DNA from: Perna viridis
Taxonomy: Eukaryota
Direction of reading: 5' to 3'
Assembly (NCBI GenBank): GCA_037379345.1
Contig: CM074511.1
Coordinates: forward strand, 30,014,862-30,078,861
Length of the DNA stretch: 64,000 bases
Shown here: positions 24,901-38,879 of the stretch, piece after piece
Position numbering within the stretch: position 1 is the first letter of the stretch
Layout of the letters: each line of letters begins with the position of its first letter
Program-made: the position numbers and the translations under genes
Notes under the pieces: generated by a model
Databases searched by the model: none
Told to the model about the DNA's origin: nothing
Seen by the model: the letters and a program-made list of their open reading frames with translations, nothing else

Positions 24901-27900
24901 AATAAATATATTAAGGACCGTCGATAAAATGATAGGGTTTTGTTTGAAAGAATGTGCTTTATAGACTTTCTTCTGTGGAAAACAATTTTTAATTAAGAAA
25001 CTGCAAGTGTTATTAGATTTTTATATCAAAGTATTGCAACGATGAAAACAGTTAGGAATTCTTGGTAACGATTTGAATGCTTAATTTATAATTCATTCTT
25101 AACTATAATAATCTCGAAGATCATATAAACAAGCAAATTGTGGGTTTCATATTGAAATCTTACTGTATTAATTTATATAGATAATCACCCACATTTATAA
25201 AGACGATATAAATTTCAGGGTCATGTCTAGGGGTTAACCCTGAAACACAGCCAGATGAATTATTGAAATATTCAACGATCATTTTTAATCGTAAGTTGTT
25301 TTTATATTTGTAATGGATGTAACATATACATGTAGCTCCACACAAATAAATGATTGATAGCCTCTTATACTGACTTTCATGCATGTAATAATAAAAACGT
25401 TGCTTTAGTTCTGGAATATAAAATTAATTTCAACGCTGGACATTGTCCCTAACCTTCCTCTATTAATAGATTTATGGTCCGTTTCATGCATTTATGACTT
25501 TATTCGTTTATTATTTGCATACATTGTATTACCGTTTATGCGTCTGCGCTGTGTTTGTTGTTTTTATCGACCAATATTTCCCTTTCTCTTTCTCTTCTTT
25601 TTATTTTATTCTATACCATCAAAATCTTCTTTCTGTAAAGAAAAAAAACATATTTTATATTTAATTTACGTAGACAAAACAATTGTGATGTATTTAAGTT
25701 TATAACAACTTGTTGGTTACATGGTTTATATAAAACTAAAGTCTAATCAGTACATTTGCAGACTATAGCAAAACAGACAGGAGAGAATCTAACCACCCTA
25801 ACTTAACCTTTAGCACAATTCATTGACAAACGACTGAGACACGATATTGAAACTGTCATTATAATTTGGAAGTGTTAAATGATAAGGATGCTGTGGTTTA
25901 TAATACGATAACAGACTGGACAATGATTAATGTTTGCTAAAGTAATTAACAAACATCATTATGCAACGCATAGATGAAAACAAAATTTAAAAATATTAAT
26001 CTACAAATTATTGAATTTCGTCATATATGTTGAATTGCCAACAAATTCATCAAGGGTCGAATCCACTCTCAACAAATAATAAAATACTAACTTGCATAGC
26101 CTGCATGATAAATATATTAATTCAGAGTTTAATCATTTGTAATGAAATAACTTGTTTTATGTAACCAATTTATACTTATTTCAAAGTTCGTTATAAAGGA
26201 ACTCAAGCGATTTTGTACTCTTCATTTTCTTTCAGGAATAAGAATTTACAAAGAAGCATTGGACATGAAGAGAAAAATTGTGAAAGAAGTGCAAGAAGTT
26301 TTTGACGGTAGGAATGAGTGTTCAGTACTTGATAGAAAATGTTGCTATTACCACATGACGGGTAAATCTTGTGAATGCATAATTTCACAGCTTGGTCTTT
26401 GAATACAGGCATTAAAGTTTCGCGGTCATTATTTATCGCGTCTATAGAAAGAGTTTTCATTCCCCTCCAGAGATCCCCAATTCTCCCGAAACAAGCGAAA
26501 ATTCTCGCTATACGATAATACAAACAATGGTAATATCTTCAGGTTAAAATTTTATTATTGATTTTTAACAGAGCTTTGTGAAACCTTAATTCTAGAGGAT
26601 CTTGAGCCACCTATTTTTTATATGGCTTTAATTATTAAAAACTCGACATACCATTGTATTTTTAAACTATATAAATTACCTAGAAGATCTACTCAAGTGG
26701 AACGTTAGTAAATTTTAAATTACATAAATTGTTTTCACTATATTTTGTTATTAATTTTATTGACAGTAACATGGGATGCCACAGAATTCGAACAGGTCTA
26801 CAATGTAATGATTAGAGATTCTAAAGGTTGTTCATATTACATTTTTTTATCTTTCACAGTACACCGTTAATCTAAAAAATAAAACGTTGTAATTTCGAAA
26901 AGTTGTATTCAATTACGAAGAAAAAACAAAGAAAACACGATAAAGAGAAAAAAGGAAACCAAAATGTTCGGTCTAGGGGCCGTCATCTTAGGTGAATCGC
27001 ATTTCACGAGAGGAGAAACAGAACTGTAGACCCAGAAGAAACTCAAATGATAATGGGAGTGGATAAGATTCTTAATGTTGTGCATTTAAGTATGCATGTA
27101 TATAATTGGCTACCATGACAACAACAACAATGACAACATGGTATGATTTTGAATAGGTCGCTACATGTTCATCTTAAAATAAATACTATATTAAACTACT
27201 GCCATTAGCTTGTTTTCGCACGAGATGTATTTTCATGAACAACAAAACAATTCGGAAAAAAAGAATAGCGGCAACAAAATCTCTTTATAACACATAGTTT
27301 GGTCAAAATATTAAATAGCCGCGAAATTGGATAGACATCCCAAATCGCACAAATAAAAATAAATAAATCGGAATACATTATTCTTCTTAAAATAATTCAG
27401 GTGTGTTCGTTTATAACAATGAAAGCACATTTTGATATTTATACAATCGTAATATGTTCATAGTAAGTATGAATTAAATTTCTAGTATTTTTCTATACTA
27501 TTGACCAAATCAGTTTTATTTGCCCTATTGAAGAAGTCTGCCAGGTTCATGACTGTAGTGACATACAACCAAGGACTACAGGTCCACATAAAATACACGC
27601 AAAAGGACCGACGTCCTTTCTAGTCACGTGTAATATGGATGTAGACGGAGGTAACTGGACGGTAAGATTCTTTTTAGGAAACAATATCGATAGCAAAAAC
27701 TATTTAATATGAATATTAAGATATTTTTTTTTATTTAATTTCATTTAATATATCACATATGTCCCATTCCAGTTAAAACTTGAAAACCTTTCATTTCGTT
27801 CGAAAAATAGATGCATTTATGAAACCATATATACAAGTTGTATTATCAGCATATATTCGATTTTGTTGTATTGTTTTACAGTCAAAACAACCAACTAACG

Positions 27901-30900
27901 TTTAAACAAAATTATTTCAAAATTACTTTTTTCACTTACTTTTCTAAGAATGCAAAAACACTATAAATGTTGAAAACTCAAAAAGATGAAATGTAAAACG
28001 AAATAATCTGCGACGTATTTGTGAATAGACACAAATTTAATTATATAGCTATTTTCCAGGATTCCATCATATGTATTTTTTACTCAGTTCATATATTTTA
28101 GATCTTGTTTTTCTGTGCGCTTCGAAGGTGGCACAGCAATTGCTCATCGAATAAATTCTTTTACATTTCGCTCTTTTTAGGTTATTCAACAACGACAGGA
28201 TGGATCTGTAGATTTTAAGAGGACATGGCAAGAGTACAAAGACGGTTTTGGAAATCCAGAAGGGGAACTGTGGCTAGGTAATAACTATCCTTTACAAGCT
28301 TTTAACGACAAAAATATTTATTACAAAATAAAACTGTCGATTTTATTTAACATACTATTGAGTGAAAGGACACGGCCACAGCACATATTTCAGCAAGGCC
28401 TATGTAAATAATTTCCTGGCACACTGGTATCCCTCTAGTAATAAGATATTATGTGCCCTCTCTGTACATACAATATCTGTACTACAGAGTAGGAAAAATA
28501 TTTAACTTTAATATTTTGCCCTGATGAACCTGCTCCTTTGGTAATCAAAAGTAAGCAACAATTCCATTTTGTAATAAACCTGGAGGGGGTTCCTCTGGTA
28601 ATCTTGAGTAAACCTTTTAATCCATATAATAATAATTTTTTTTATTTGTATTAATTAAGCTTGTCATAACCTGATCTCCTTAGATAGCTTCCCATAACCC
28701 AATAACCTTGCCTGCAATAAAAAAAAATATATTTAGATTTCCCAAAGTCCTACCACATGAGGGTTACTCTAATCCCTCACCCCAACAAATTTGTGTATGT
28801 TTTAAGTTCTCATAATCATTTCTATCATAATTCCTACTAAGCCACATTGCATGTCTTAAATAAATATAAAAAGTTACCTTAGTTTTATAAATGCTCTCAA
28901 TCATACCAATACAATTTAATATCTTTTATAGTTATTGTACTGTGGTGGATTTTAAAGTCACCCTCTCCTTTAAAACAGTTTATGGCGAAGCTGTTTATTC
29001 TTTTCCCACTACACTCTAGCTATGTTTGTGATTTTGTTCCATGCCAATAACATTGCTGAACAATATCTGACAAAATGTATTTAGTATTGGGTAAGAAAGT
29101 TGTTATGTTTAATAACGTGCATTCAATATTATTCATCAAATCCTTTGTCTTACCGGTTAAAGGTATTTCTGACAATCATAAATTTTCAAGAAATTATCTC
29201 AGAAAGAATCTTCCAATATTACTTTCAGTCGTTTAAATCTGAATCTTTTTTTTTTCCTCAATGCTGCTTTTTGCCAATGACGGACATCGCAGTTACTACA
29301 ATTTTGGTAGACTTTATATTCAACAGGCAGTAGGTGTCATATTACAGCCTTATGCTTGCCGATCTTGTCCAAAAGAGTAATCAAAAGAATGTAATCCAGG
29401 CACAAAGACCCGACATGACACAGACATACAGAACAAATAACATAAAGTAACTAAAATTATACATACAAAGTAACAAAGTGTGAATGAAAAAAACATACAT
29501 TCCTGGTTGCTCAATTAACTTTTCCTCTTATGCTATTGGAGCTAAAACTTGTATTTCAACTCTTTTATTCAATGTTTATTTTTTATTTTATATGTAAATG
29601 TAATGAAGACGTTTTATTAATTTTTGTTTAGTTTTCCGGGTGTTTCCTGTTGTTCAATCATGTTCTATGTTTGGATAAGTTACATGTGTGTATTTGTCAA
29701 ACAACATCGAAGTATAGGATTATGATAACTCTAAAGGAACATTTGTAAAGATACATTTATTCTTGTCTTTTTTGTACTTAAAAAGCATATATTTCGAACC
29801 TTTCAATCTTTATTCAAATACTGAAGCTTTTTAATAAATTTTGGTTCATTGATCAGGTGTTCAAAATGAACATTTAGCAACAATTATTTTTAAATTCAAT
29901 ATTATAGCAACCACAACAAGAAGTCTCTGAACTTGAAACATGTTTCCTTTCTGGAAAATTAAAACTTTGTCAACATAGATTTTTGATCAATACGGTTTTT
30001 GGAAAACTTTCATTAAAACACAGATTGAAAGCTGGCAAAAATACCAATACGGACAATGTTGATCGAAAACGCTGAACTTTTAAGAATTTTATTGCAATTA
30101 AGGTTTGCATAATTATTATATTAAAGGAAATGAGAAAATACACAGACTTACCACTAGTGGAAAATATGAACTTCGAGTTGATCTGACCAGTTGGGAAGGA
30201 GAATCTTGGTACGCGGTATATAAGTTATTTAATATTGGAGATGAGGAATCGCAGTACCAGTTAACACTGGGACAATACAGTGGAACTGCAGGTAATGTCT
30301 TATACGTAAAAAGAAGAATAATATAATAAAATCTAAATTGGAAATATAGTCATACAAGTTCTAATGTAACGTTCTAAAAATGCTTAAAGACCACAAACAT
30401 GGTTGATTGTTTTATTTCCACATGATTTGCACGTAATAAAATGGGCGTGGTTTGTGTCGGTGTAAATTAATTTCAATGATTTCTTTTATCGAGTGTTCTA
30501 ATATGACATCCTTAAAAGGCTTTGATACCACAACTTTGGTTGATTTTTGATTGTTATATGAGCAGCACGCGACTTATTGGGCGTGGCTTGTGTGTGTGTA
30601 AATTACTACCCACCTTAATCATGTAAACAAACACACGTAACATTCCGATGTGTATCAGCTGTTTTCATTTATGTCAGTAGCGTGAATGAACATCAAATTC
30701 GTGTATAATAATATTATTAAACGTTATGTCATATTCCGTAAAACACATACACAATAGCACTCGCCACGTGCCACGTGCGCCATCATGTATAAGCTATCGC
30801 TTGGAATAAAATAATGCCGCATAAATGGTCAGCACGTGGTAAAACATTGATAAAATTGAGTCTCCGTGATTTTTTCGCATAAATTAAGAATGGGTATCAA

Positions 30901-33900
30901 TTAGATGTACATTAGCTGTCATTATATATTTATTCATTCCAGTAATGTAAAGGAACATCACAATCGATGGTTATATTTAACATAATAGATGAATCTTGAA
31001 GAAAAAGAAGGCCATTAGGTAGATAAAAAAAAAAAAAAACACGCGACATAAATGACCATCCCGTGGTTTACAATGATAAAATGAAGTTTGCATAGGTTTT
31101 ACTTAATCAACTATATCAGGCAACCATTTAGCAGAGAAATGCAATACCCAGCACCACGGTAAACTATGAACAATAGTTAATTAAACAAATCACCACAAGA
31201 TCCGAAGCTTGTACTAAAAGTATTGATTTATTATTTTAATATGGAACTGGCGTTTTGTTTTTTATTATTATTATTATTTAACAAATAACCTATTGATTAA
31301 AAAAACATAGATTTTTTTATAACAGCTTTACATTTGAATACTAAACTTCTGTTGAATGTTATTGCTTTACTTAAAATGTCTTAAAAAAATTAGAAACTCA
31401 TTATTTTCTTTATTTCAATTTGTGAGTACTCCGTCAAGAAACAATATAATAGACATTTTATGATAGATTTTTTTCTTACAGTGTTGTAAAATTGGCATGA
31501 AAATCGTAAAAGAATTTTGAAAACTAAGTCAGAAACTCATATGTGTTTAGATAAAAAAGATATTGATAAAATGACTAAATTATCAAATTTAAATATATTT
31601 TATCGAAAAAACAAATGTTGAAAGTTCCTGTTTCTCCATAAATATGCGTTATAAGCGATTATCAATGACAATATTTCTGAACAAGATATCATTTCAACTG
31701 AACGCAAGTTTAAAATGTTAATTATGCCCACCGTTCAAACATACACGTATAAAACAATTCATGAAAAAAATAACGAAAATATCGCAGAATGTTCATAATT
31801 TGTTAAAAAATAATCATCTCGAAGGCTTTCAATAAACATAATTGAAATACAAAAATGGTCGCCATTTTACAATGGCTGTTTGTCGAAAAGTAGAAAAAAT
31901 GCGACAAAAATCATGGAGGCGTAGAAAGTGATTTTAATAAATGCTCCTGTTACAATGGGGATCTGGGGGAACATCCCAATTACGCTTTGCGTAATCATTA
32001 ATTATGTATCTAGTTATTCTTCTTTCGTCTAACCTCTGTCTTGCATACAGAACTCCACTAAATTAATTTAAATCACACTATGCACAAACAAGACCTCCAT
32101 ATGAATATGTGCAACTCTTGAAAGTTCAAATATAACTGCCATGTCAAAATGGCCGCCGTCAAAAGTTTACAAATTTGTCAGAAATAAGAAAGAAATCGTA
32201 GAATTGTTATACCTGACTAAAAAAATGGTCACTATACTAGGTATTGGATTAACGATATTGATTTTTGTCGTAAATGGCAGCTACTCTAAGATGGACACCA
32301 GCCAAAGGTAAACAAAAATGAAAAACTTCATGGAGGCGTAGAAAGTAATTGTAAATTCTCCTGTAATTATTAATTATGCTATGCACAATAGTTATCCAGT
32401 TAGTTTTATTCCTAAGTATTTCACATATATATTTATTTAACTGGAATTTTAGTTTTCCTATGAATGGTTATTATGTACAAGTTTCGTTGGAAACTTTTGT
32501 CATTATCACTACTATACAAAATAATGGCTGACAGGACCATTCATAGTCGTTTTTTTAATGATACAAACACGATGTCAACGCTTTGTTAGAACAAAATGTC
32601 TACCTCAACACTTTTTGTGTTGAGGTAGACAAAATGTGTCCACCTCAACGCACGAAACGTTGTATAACATTTGTGTCCTATTCAACACTAGATTTGCTTA
32701 GATGTTTTAAGGCAACGTATTTTTGTGTTGATTTAGACAAATTTTGAGGGTTGATATGGTCAAATTATGATTTAGTAAAATAAATTGAGCGTTTAAGTAG
32801 ACATAATTTGTTTTCCCCAGTTATTTTTTGACTCTGCATGGTCACTACAGTCATTATTTTAGACAGCAGTGTATATTTAGCGCTAAACACCATTTAATAA
32901 AAGTCTAAATGAAGCTTTCATAGTTATTTTGCCTACTGGCGGTCTGAATATTTTTAGTCAATTATTTTCACAAAAAAAGATATGCAATTATCACATATTG
33001 CTTTCTTTTGCATTATTCAAAGGGGACAAGCATTAGATTCTTGAGGGGAGGGGGGGCTGGCAGATTTTGAAAATGTATAATCCGTCTCTGATTATCTAGG
33101 AAATAAATAAATCGGCCTCATCATACCAGAAAATAAATATTCTGACATTGGCTTTGATTGAAAATAAATATTCTGATCTTGGCTAGTAAATTGTAAATAA
33201 ATATTCAGACCTGAATAAAACCTTAAAAAATAGGCTCATAGTTTCATAAAGTAGAAAAGTAAACAGGTTTAAATACTCCACAATTTTTATAAAAACTTTA
33301 ATATTCTCCAGTGGAAATATTAGATACAGTGGATTTCTCTTTACCGCATACTCAATTTGACAGAAAAAAAAGTATATGGCTTTTTTACTAATTTTACAAT
33401 AAATACATAATATCAAACAGTCGAATTAGCTACATCTTTTTATTAGGAAATTGTTAAGATTACATCATAAGGACAGAAAGTGTAAAATTTTAATAACGTT
33501 TTGGGACAAAATTTATGTAATAAACAGGAATGTTTGTTTAGAGCTATGCAATTAAGAGGAATTTTTAACATGGAAGAGTTGGGAAATGATTTGGTTCTTG
33601 AAAATGCTACGCAATTAACAGAAATATGCAATAATCAGGTAAGCAATTAAGTGGAATCCTCTGTACATAAATGACAGTACTGGGGTAATGTGTAGTTGAA
33701 TATCGCAATTGTAGATTTCATTCATATACATATATATACGACTCTGTCCCATAATAAATCTCTCGCAACATTTCCCGCTAAATTGAGGACATATTTCAGG
33801 TCCAGAAATGCCACCTGTCAGATATAGTAGAGACTATGTCTTGTATTATAGAGAATAAACTTCATTTAATAATGTCCAAACCTGGATATGCATATATAAA

Positions 33901-34509
33901 TTTTCATAAAAAATAGATTATTTTATTAGTATGGAAAAGAAATAATCTTACAAAGGTTATGTTAAAAATAAATTATCTGACTATCACCAGGCTGAAAATT
34001 TCTGACCTGAAAAATTTCCCAGCCCCCCCCCCCCCCCCAATAAAAAATCAAATGTCCTCTTAAACAAAACGGTAATGGTTTATCTTTTTGTCAAAACTAT
34101 ACGGGTGTCTCGACAGTTGCTCGTAGTCATACCGTGTTATTCATTATTGATTAAAATTAATATTAGTTTGAGCAACGAACTTCATTTTTGCAAATGTAAC
34201 TTTCCAACAGATTCTGAATTCTTATCAAATGAAACATTTCAATTACATTAAATTACATGTATTACAGGAGACTCTTTCGATTATCATAACGGAATGAAAT
34301 TTACCACAAAAGACAGAGATAATGATCTGCATCAACAAAACTGCTCAAAACTCACTGGTGGTGAAGGAGGTTGGTGGTTCAGGGACTGTGATAATACAAA
34401 TCTGAACGGCTTACATTTAAAAGGCAGTGGTGAGAATGGTATAGAATGGCAAAAGGCGAAGAGAAGTTACTCCATGCAGTTTGCCAGAATGATGATTCGG
34501 CGGTATTGA
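21933..34509 (+). CDS. Secreted fibrinogen-related-domain lectin, copy A2, 9 exons, 329 aa (ficolin/tachylectin-5/MFAP4-like FBG domain)
   Basis: join(21933-22029, 23293-23349, 25219-25290, 26236-26307, 26767-26826, 27534-27661, 28181-28277, 30127-30291, 34268-34509) = 990 nt, all GT-AG, open frame. Signal-like [19 protein letters not shown]; FBG motifs [80 protein letters not shown]. Additional small exons cannot be excluded. Confidence 0.92.
22079..22475. mobile_element. TTAA-flanked MITE family 1 (about 350-400 bp)
   Basis: Ends ttaagtgtaagtgtttgtaagaat / attcttacaaagactgacacttaa are inverted repeats. Other copies at about 22556-22930, 37767-38123 (reverse), 42589-42918, 44805-44900 (partial), 52668-53034 (reverse), 59071-59385. 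Confidence 0.75.
24237..24772 (+). mobile_element. Penelope-like copy in intron 2 of A2
   Basis: [26 protein letters not shown]...DLFNGS* (ORF 24143-24499) plus full 3' tail. Confidence 0.9.
29373..29477 (-). mobile_element. 3'-terminal fragment of the Penelope-like family
   Basis: aagagtaatcaaaagaatgtaatccaggcacaaagacccgacatg... matches 2441-2575, with a deletion between two gtaatcaa repeats. Confidence 0.85.
33019..34063. mobile_element. Probable MITE with G/C-run subterminal inverted repeats
   Basis: Left aaggggacaagcattagatt...ggggggctggcagatttt; right aaaatttcccagcccccc...aatcaaatgtcctcttaa; internal repeats of gaaaataaatattctga. Confidence 0.55.
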
Positions 34510-36596
34510 CAATTGCTAGGAAAGTTTTTTCGCATTGCATGATCTGCCTTTTTATTGGAGACTCCGTGCTCTGTTTTAAAGTGCTTTAATATTTAGAAGT
34601 ACCTTTGCCGTTTTTGGTTCATTGTTTCACTACTATGAAACTTCAACTTTAAGGAATTAAAATATTTCTATTTTAGTTTTGCCTGTATATAGTTATCAAT
34701 AGAAACAGTTTAAATTTGCCTTCTTTCAATATGTATACATTGGCAGAAAGGTAAGTTTACCTTTAAAAAGATCTTGATAAAGGACTCGGAAGAAAAATCA
34801 GGAAAGGAAACTGTATTTCAAGCAAGTTTTGACTGCAATATGACACCACATTGAATTCAAAAATTAAGGTCTGATTGTATAAACCTCCGACTGTCATAGA
34901 CAATCTCTATTACATCGGACTGTATTTATATCGAGTAGCACGACAGGTCTCATATGAAAAACAGGAATTGCTTCTTTATCTAGTACCGATTTCTTGTTTC
35001 GATACGAGCAACCGTATATGAATATAGCAGCAAATTCATTGAGCGAATATGAAGTTGTTGTTCAATGATTCGTAGTCTGGTTGTAGTGTTATTGTTAATT
35101 CTTCAAATATCTCTATTTCAATTTGATAATCATCTCACTCATTTAACTTGAATCAAAATTTATATAATTTATGTTGGAGTTCACCAATTTTAGAGTAAAT
35201 TACATTCAAGTTGCGGGCATGTTGCACCTATTGTTTTTTGTCTGTATAAAAAATATTACATCTTAATCTAGAGTAGAACAATTATATTATGTTCTTTAAT
35301 ATTATATACTCTTTTCTCAATCTAAGCAACTGATTAAAATTTCTTGTGCCATTGCGTCCAATGGATAGTAATTATATTGCTGTGAGAGTTTTCTCGCGAT
35401 TACAGTTTTCAAGTTTTATACAAGTCTTGTGGAACAAACCAATTTTCCTTCACCATATTCTCGATTTTTCCCCTGAAATAAACCATTATTTAAACCACCT
35501 GCACTCATAACTATATTTTTTCATTTGGGAAATAAAAACAAACAAAATACATGTAGACCTCTTGAAACAGACACTTAAAGCAATACAAGGTAGTGATTGA
35601 ATCTTGAACTTAACCATTAAACATCTCTCTACATTGCAAGAATGACTGAATTATTGATATAATCAAATATTAGTTATCACTGTCACATGAATCAACAGAG
35701 AATGTTACGTTTGTCAGTACACTTGAGAAGGATAATCAGCTGATACCGATAAAATGTTTTTCCCTGTCTTATACATCCTGATGATTACTGTTTGCTTGGA
35801 TGCACTCTGAGATGACAAGAACATTGGGGAAAAAGTTATGCATTGTAAAGAGGCTATTTTCATTCTATAAAACTATTGATTCTCATGCAATTAGGATGCA
35901 TTATAGCTGGAAGGCACAATTGATACCCGAAATATTGATTAAATAACGCTTAAGTACCAAAGTGTTGACAATTGTAAAGCAGAAGAAGCCAAAAATAACC
36001 TCTGCTTATACCTCTGGACTGGAAAGGCGACACACGGAAAGTGTCCATTCCTAGTGTCATGAAATATACTTGAATGCGATATGTAAAATGTTAAAATATA
36101 CTTGTTGATATGTACAGGTTTATCGTCAACATATATAATAAATGAATATCGTTGTTTTAATTTCGAAGTAAGATCTATGTAAGTACTACCTAGTTCATAT
36201 ATTCCAAATGAAAAGAAATAAGTAATTTGCAAAATTATGTATTTGACCTATTGATGTTTAGAGGCCCACCACCCATCCACCCTGGTCACGACGATTTTAT
36301 TTATTATTTTAATGTAACTACCTACATTTTTCCAGTCAAAAATCATTGTGTAGTTTATCTTCACTGCCAATTATTAAGATTTGATTTGAATTCATGGGAA
36401 ACTATTTATCCTTAAAAGAAACTCTTGAAATTCTATCATAATTATTTGTTAATAATATGTCGCTTTAATATAGCAGAAGTGGACTTATAATGAAGTTTTT
36501 GACGGAATCATGGACTTTCGTTCAATAGCAAATGTTGTGCTTTTGGTTCTAATGAAGGAATTAGCGCATTACGATGACTCTGATTCATAAATAGAT

Positions 36597-37120
36597 GTTT
36601 GTTTGTTTTTTTGTTGGGGTTTAACGTCCGAGCAACAATATTTCAGCTATATTCAGACGATGAACATGAAATTGATGATAAAATGAACATGAAATGATAA
36701 AATGAAAAAGGGATGGGACACAAGGACAATGGGGTCGACAAATTTTGATTGCCACTGGAAATAGGGAGAGGTAGGTAGGGTCGGGCAATTTAGCCTCCTG
36801 TGGCGGTGCCCTATGGTTCCTACTCCGGGAGAATACCACAGTAGGGTTCTTTAACATGCAAGGAACGTGGTGGCATCTTTCCCAACACGGTGCACCACTA
36901 TGGTTTGCGGTCAGGTTTTCCGTATTATAGCCTGACAACCCCAGCATGTAACACGCCAGGGGTACCCCATTCCACCACCTGGGGCACACATCCCAGTTGC
37001 TCTGTGGGCAGAGCGCCGTAGCCCCTGGCTATGGTTCTGAGCACTATTAAGTCGCCTTTTACGACAAGCTTATCGCTGCTGCAGGCCTATTCTTTTAACA
37101 CCCGGACCTGCACGGGGACC
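36597..37120 (-). mobile_element. GC-rich SINE-like retroposon (about 520 nt) with non-tRNA head and (CAAA)-rich tail
   Basis: Sharp GC-rich island; the minus strand starts GGTCCCCGTGCAGGTCCGGG and ends ...ATAGCTGAAATATTGTTGCTCGGACGTTAAACCCCAACAAAAAAACAAAC. The same tail recurs with a TSD at 38834. Confidence 0.7.
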
Positions 37121-38821
37121 ATCATAGAAAGTTGGCAAAATTGATGTTGAAATCAATAAAATATAAGGCAGACGTCGATCATAATGGTTGCCCTACTGAT
37201 GAAAGCATTGCAATGTATTTAGTTTGGTGGCAATATATCAACATTAATTGCTTACGGAGTGTATTTGTTATTTAAATTCATTACTGTCATGCCAGTTATT
37301 TCTTTCGCTTTGGAACGAATTGCTATTGTAAATGATTTAGTTTTTTATGTGCTGTCTTGTTTTACAATAGCATTGTACATCGTTCTGTTATTTTAGATTT
37401 TTTTACATTTTGTATTAGCTCGTCTCTGGTTTCTGTTTCAAGGTTTGGTCATGTACTTAGATTTTGAAATCTTTGATTTACCATTTTTTTGCTAATCTGT
37501 AACTACTTTCTGCATACTCCATACTGAATGAAACTTTTTTTTTCCATTTTAATTAAACACACATATCAGTCAAACATATCTGAATTCTGTTTTGTATTAT
37601 ATACTAAGTATCGGAAAAAATATAACGCTATCTGTTCAGCAATTTCTTTTCAGAAAATGCAATCAATGTTTTAAAGAACAGAACATCTGATGAGTTTTTA
37701 GAAAGACTTGAAGGTGTGTACGTAACTTGATACAGAATATTTTTGCATAATGCTAATAATGAACTTTAAAGTGTCAGACTCTTTAGGAATCAGATAGTGG
37801 GTGAAATATGGTACAAAAAAAAACACTATTTTGACGTTTAATTTGACTAGTTGCACCATCAAAATCAAGGAAAACAAACAAGATTTTCCATATCGTGGTA
37901 AATTGAGTTATAATTTCATTGAAAGCACCGAAAGTCAACATTTCAAGATCAGATAACTCTATTGAAAACCTCATTTTTCTATTTTTCTATTGAAAAATTA
38001 CTGGGCAAATCCAGTGATGCAGAGATAGCATTTTTGAATGACATTATATAGTCAGATAAGTGGGATTTGAAATTAATGTTACTTTTTCCACTTTGACTGA
38101 TTCTTACAAAAACTTGCACTTAATTAATTTTACAGTAGTTATTATTATGTTTCGAAGTATTTTATTAACTGCATCATCAAAATTATATATGTTAGTTTGC
38201 GTTTGAATACAAAAACATATATACAAGCTTCCCACATCTGTTTGAATGTTGCATTGTCCTATAATTTGTTTTTTTCAAACAAAGAAACTTGCCAAAAATG
38301 AACCACATTTTGATTTTAAAATTAGTTCGATTTAAACAGGTGTTCTCTTTATTAAAGGTCATAATGCCTTTTAAGTAATATAGAGAGACTTTAAAAATGT
38401 CTTGTTGCGACAATTTTTCGTCTTTTCAGGACAGTTTTAACTGTAGTTCTATAACCATGAACAAATTTCGTAAGTATTAAGTGGTGTAGTGGTATAATAG
38501 TTTCTATTCATGTTATTTTTTCGAAGGGTCTTGCCTTGTCTTTACTTCTGATACGGTTACAGATCAATGGTTGATGCAATTGACGCTTTATTTGAATCGT
38601 AAGTTCATATTTTGTTTGATATGGTCACAGTTTTTACACTGCATAGTAATCTATTGCTGAAAATTCGAAAACATACTTTATAGTCCTTAAATAGCTGTAA
38701 AATCTAATTTCTATGATTTACGGGCTATTTCGATTATTGATGGGAGAATAAGGAAACGTAATGGTGATTATGTATGTAGGAAATCAGTTTAAAGGCATTC
38801 GTTTTTTCCCTTAAAGATAAG

Positions 38822-38879
38822 TTTACATATTAATGATTGATTGGTTGTTGGGGTTTAACGTCCGAGCTTTACATATTAA
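38822..38879 (-). mobile_element. 34-nt 5'-truncated insertion of the same SINE tail with 12-bp target-site duplication
   Basis: TTTACATATTAA (38822-38833) + tgattgattggttgttggggtttaacgtccgagc + TTTACATATTAA (38868-38879). Confidence 0.85.

Noticed and set aside
25762-25860. Possible extra exon between A2 exons 3 and 4 (similar acceptor-like sites at about 46214 and 62088)
   Set aside because: No matching in-phase donor or cross-paralog conservation; the gene models are in frame without it.
36621-36989. 122-aa minus-strand ORF
   Set aside because: Inside the GC-rich SINE-like element; no recognisable motif.
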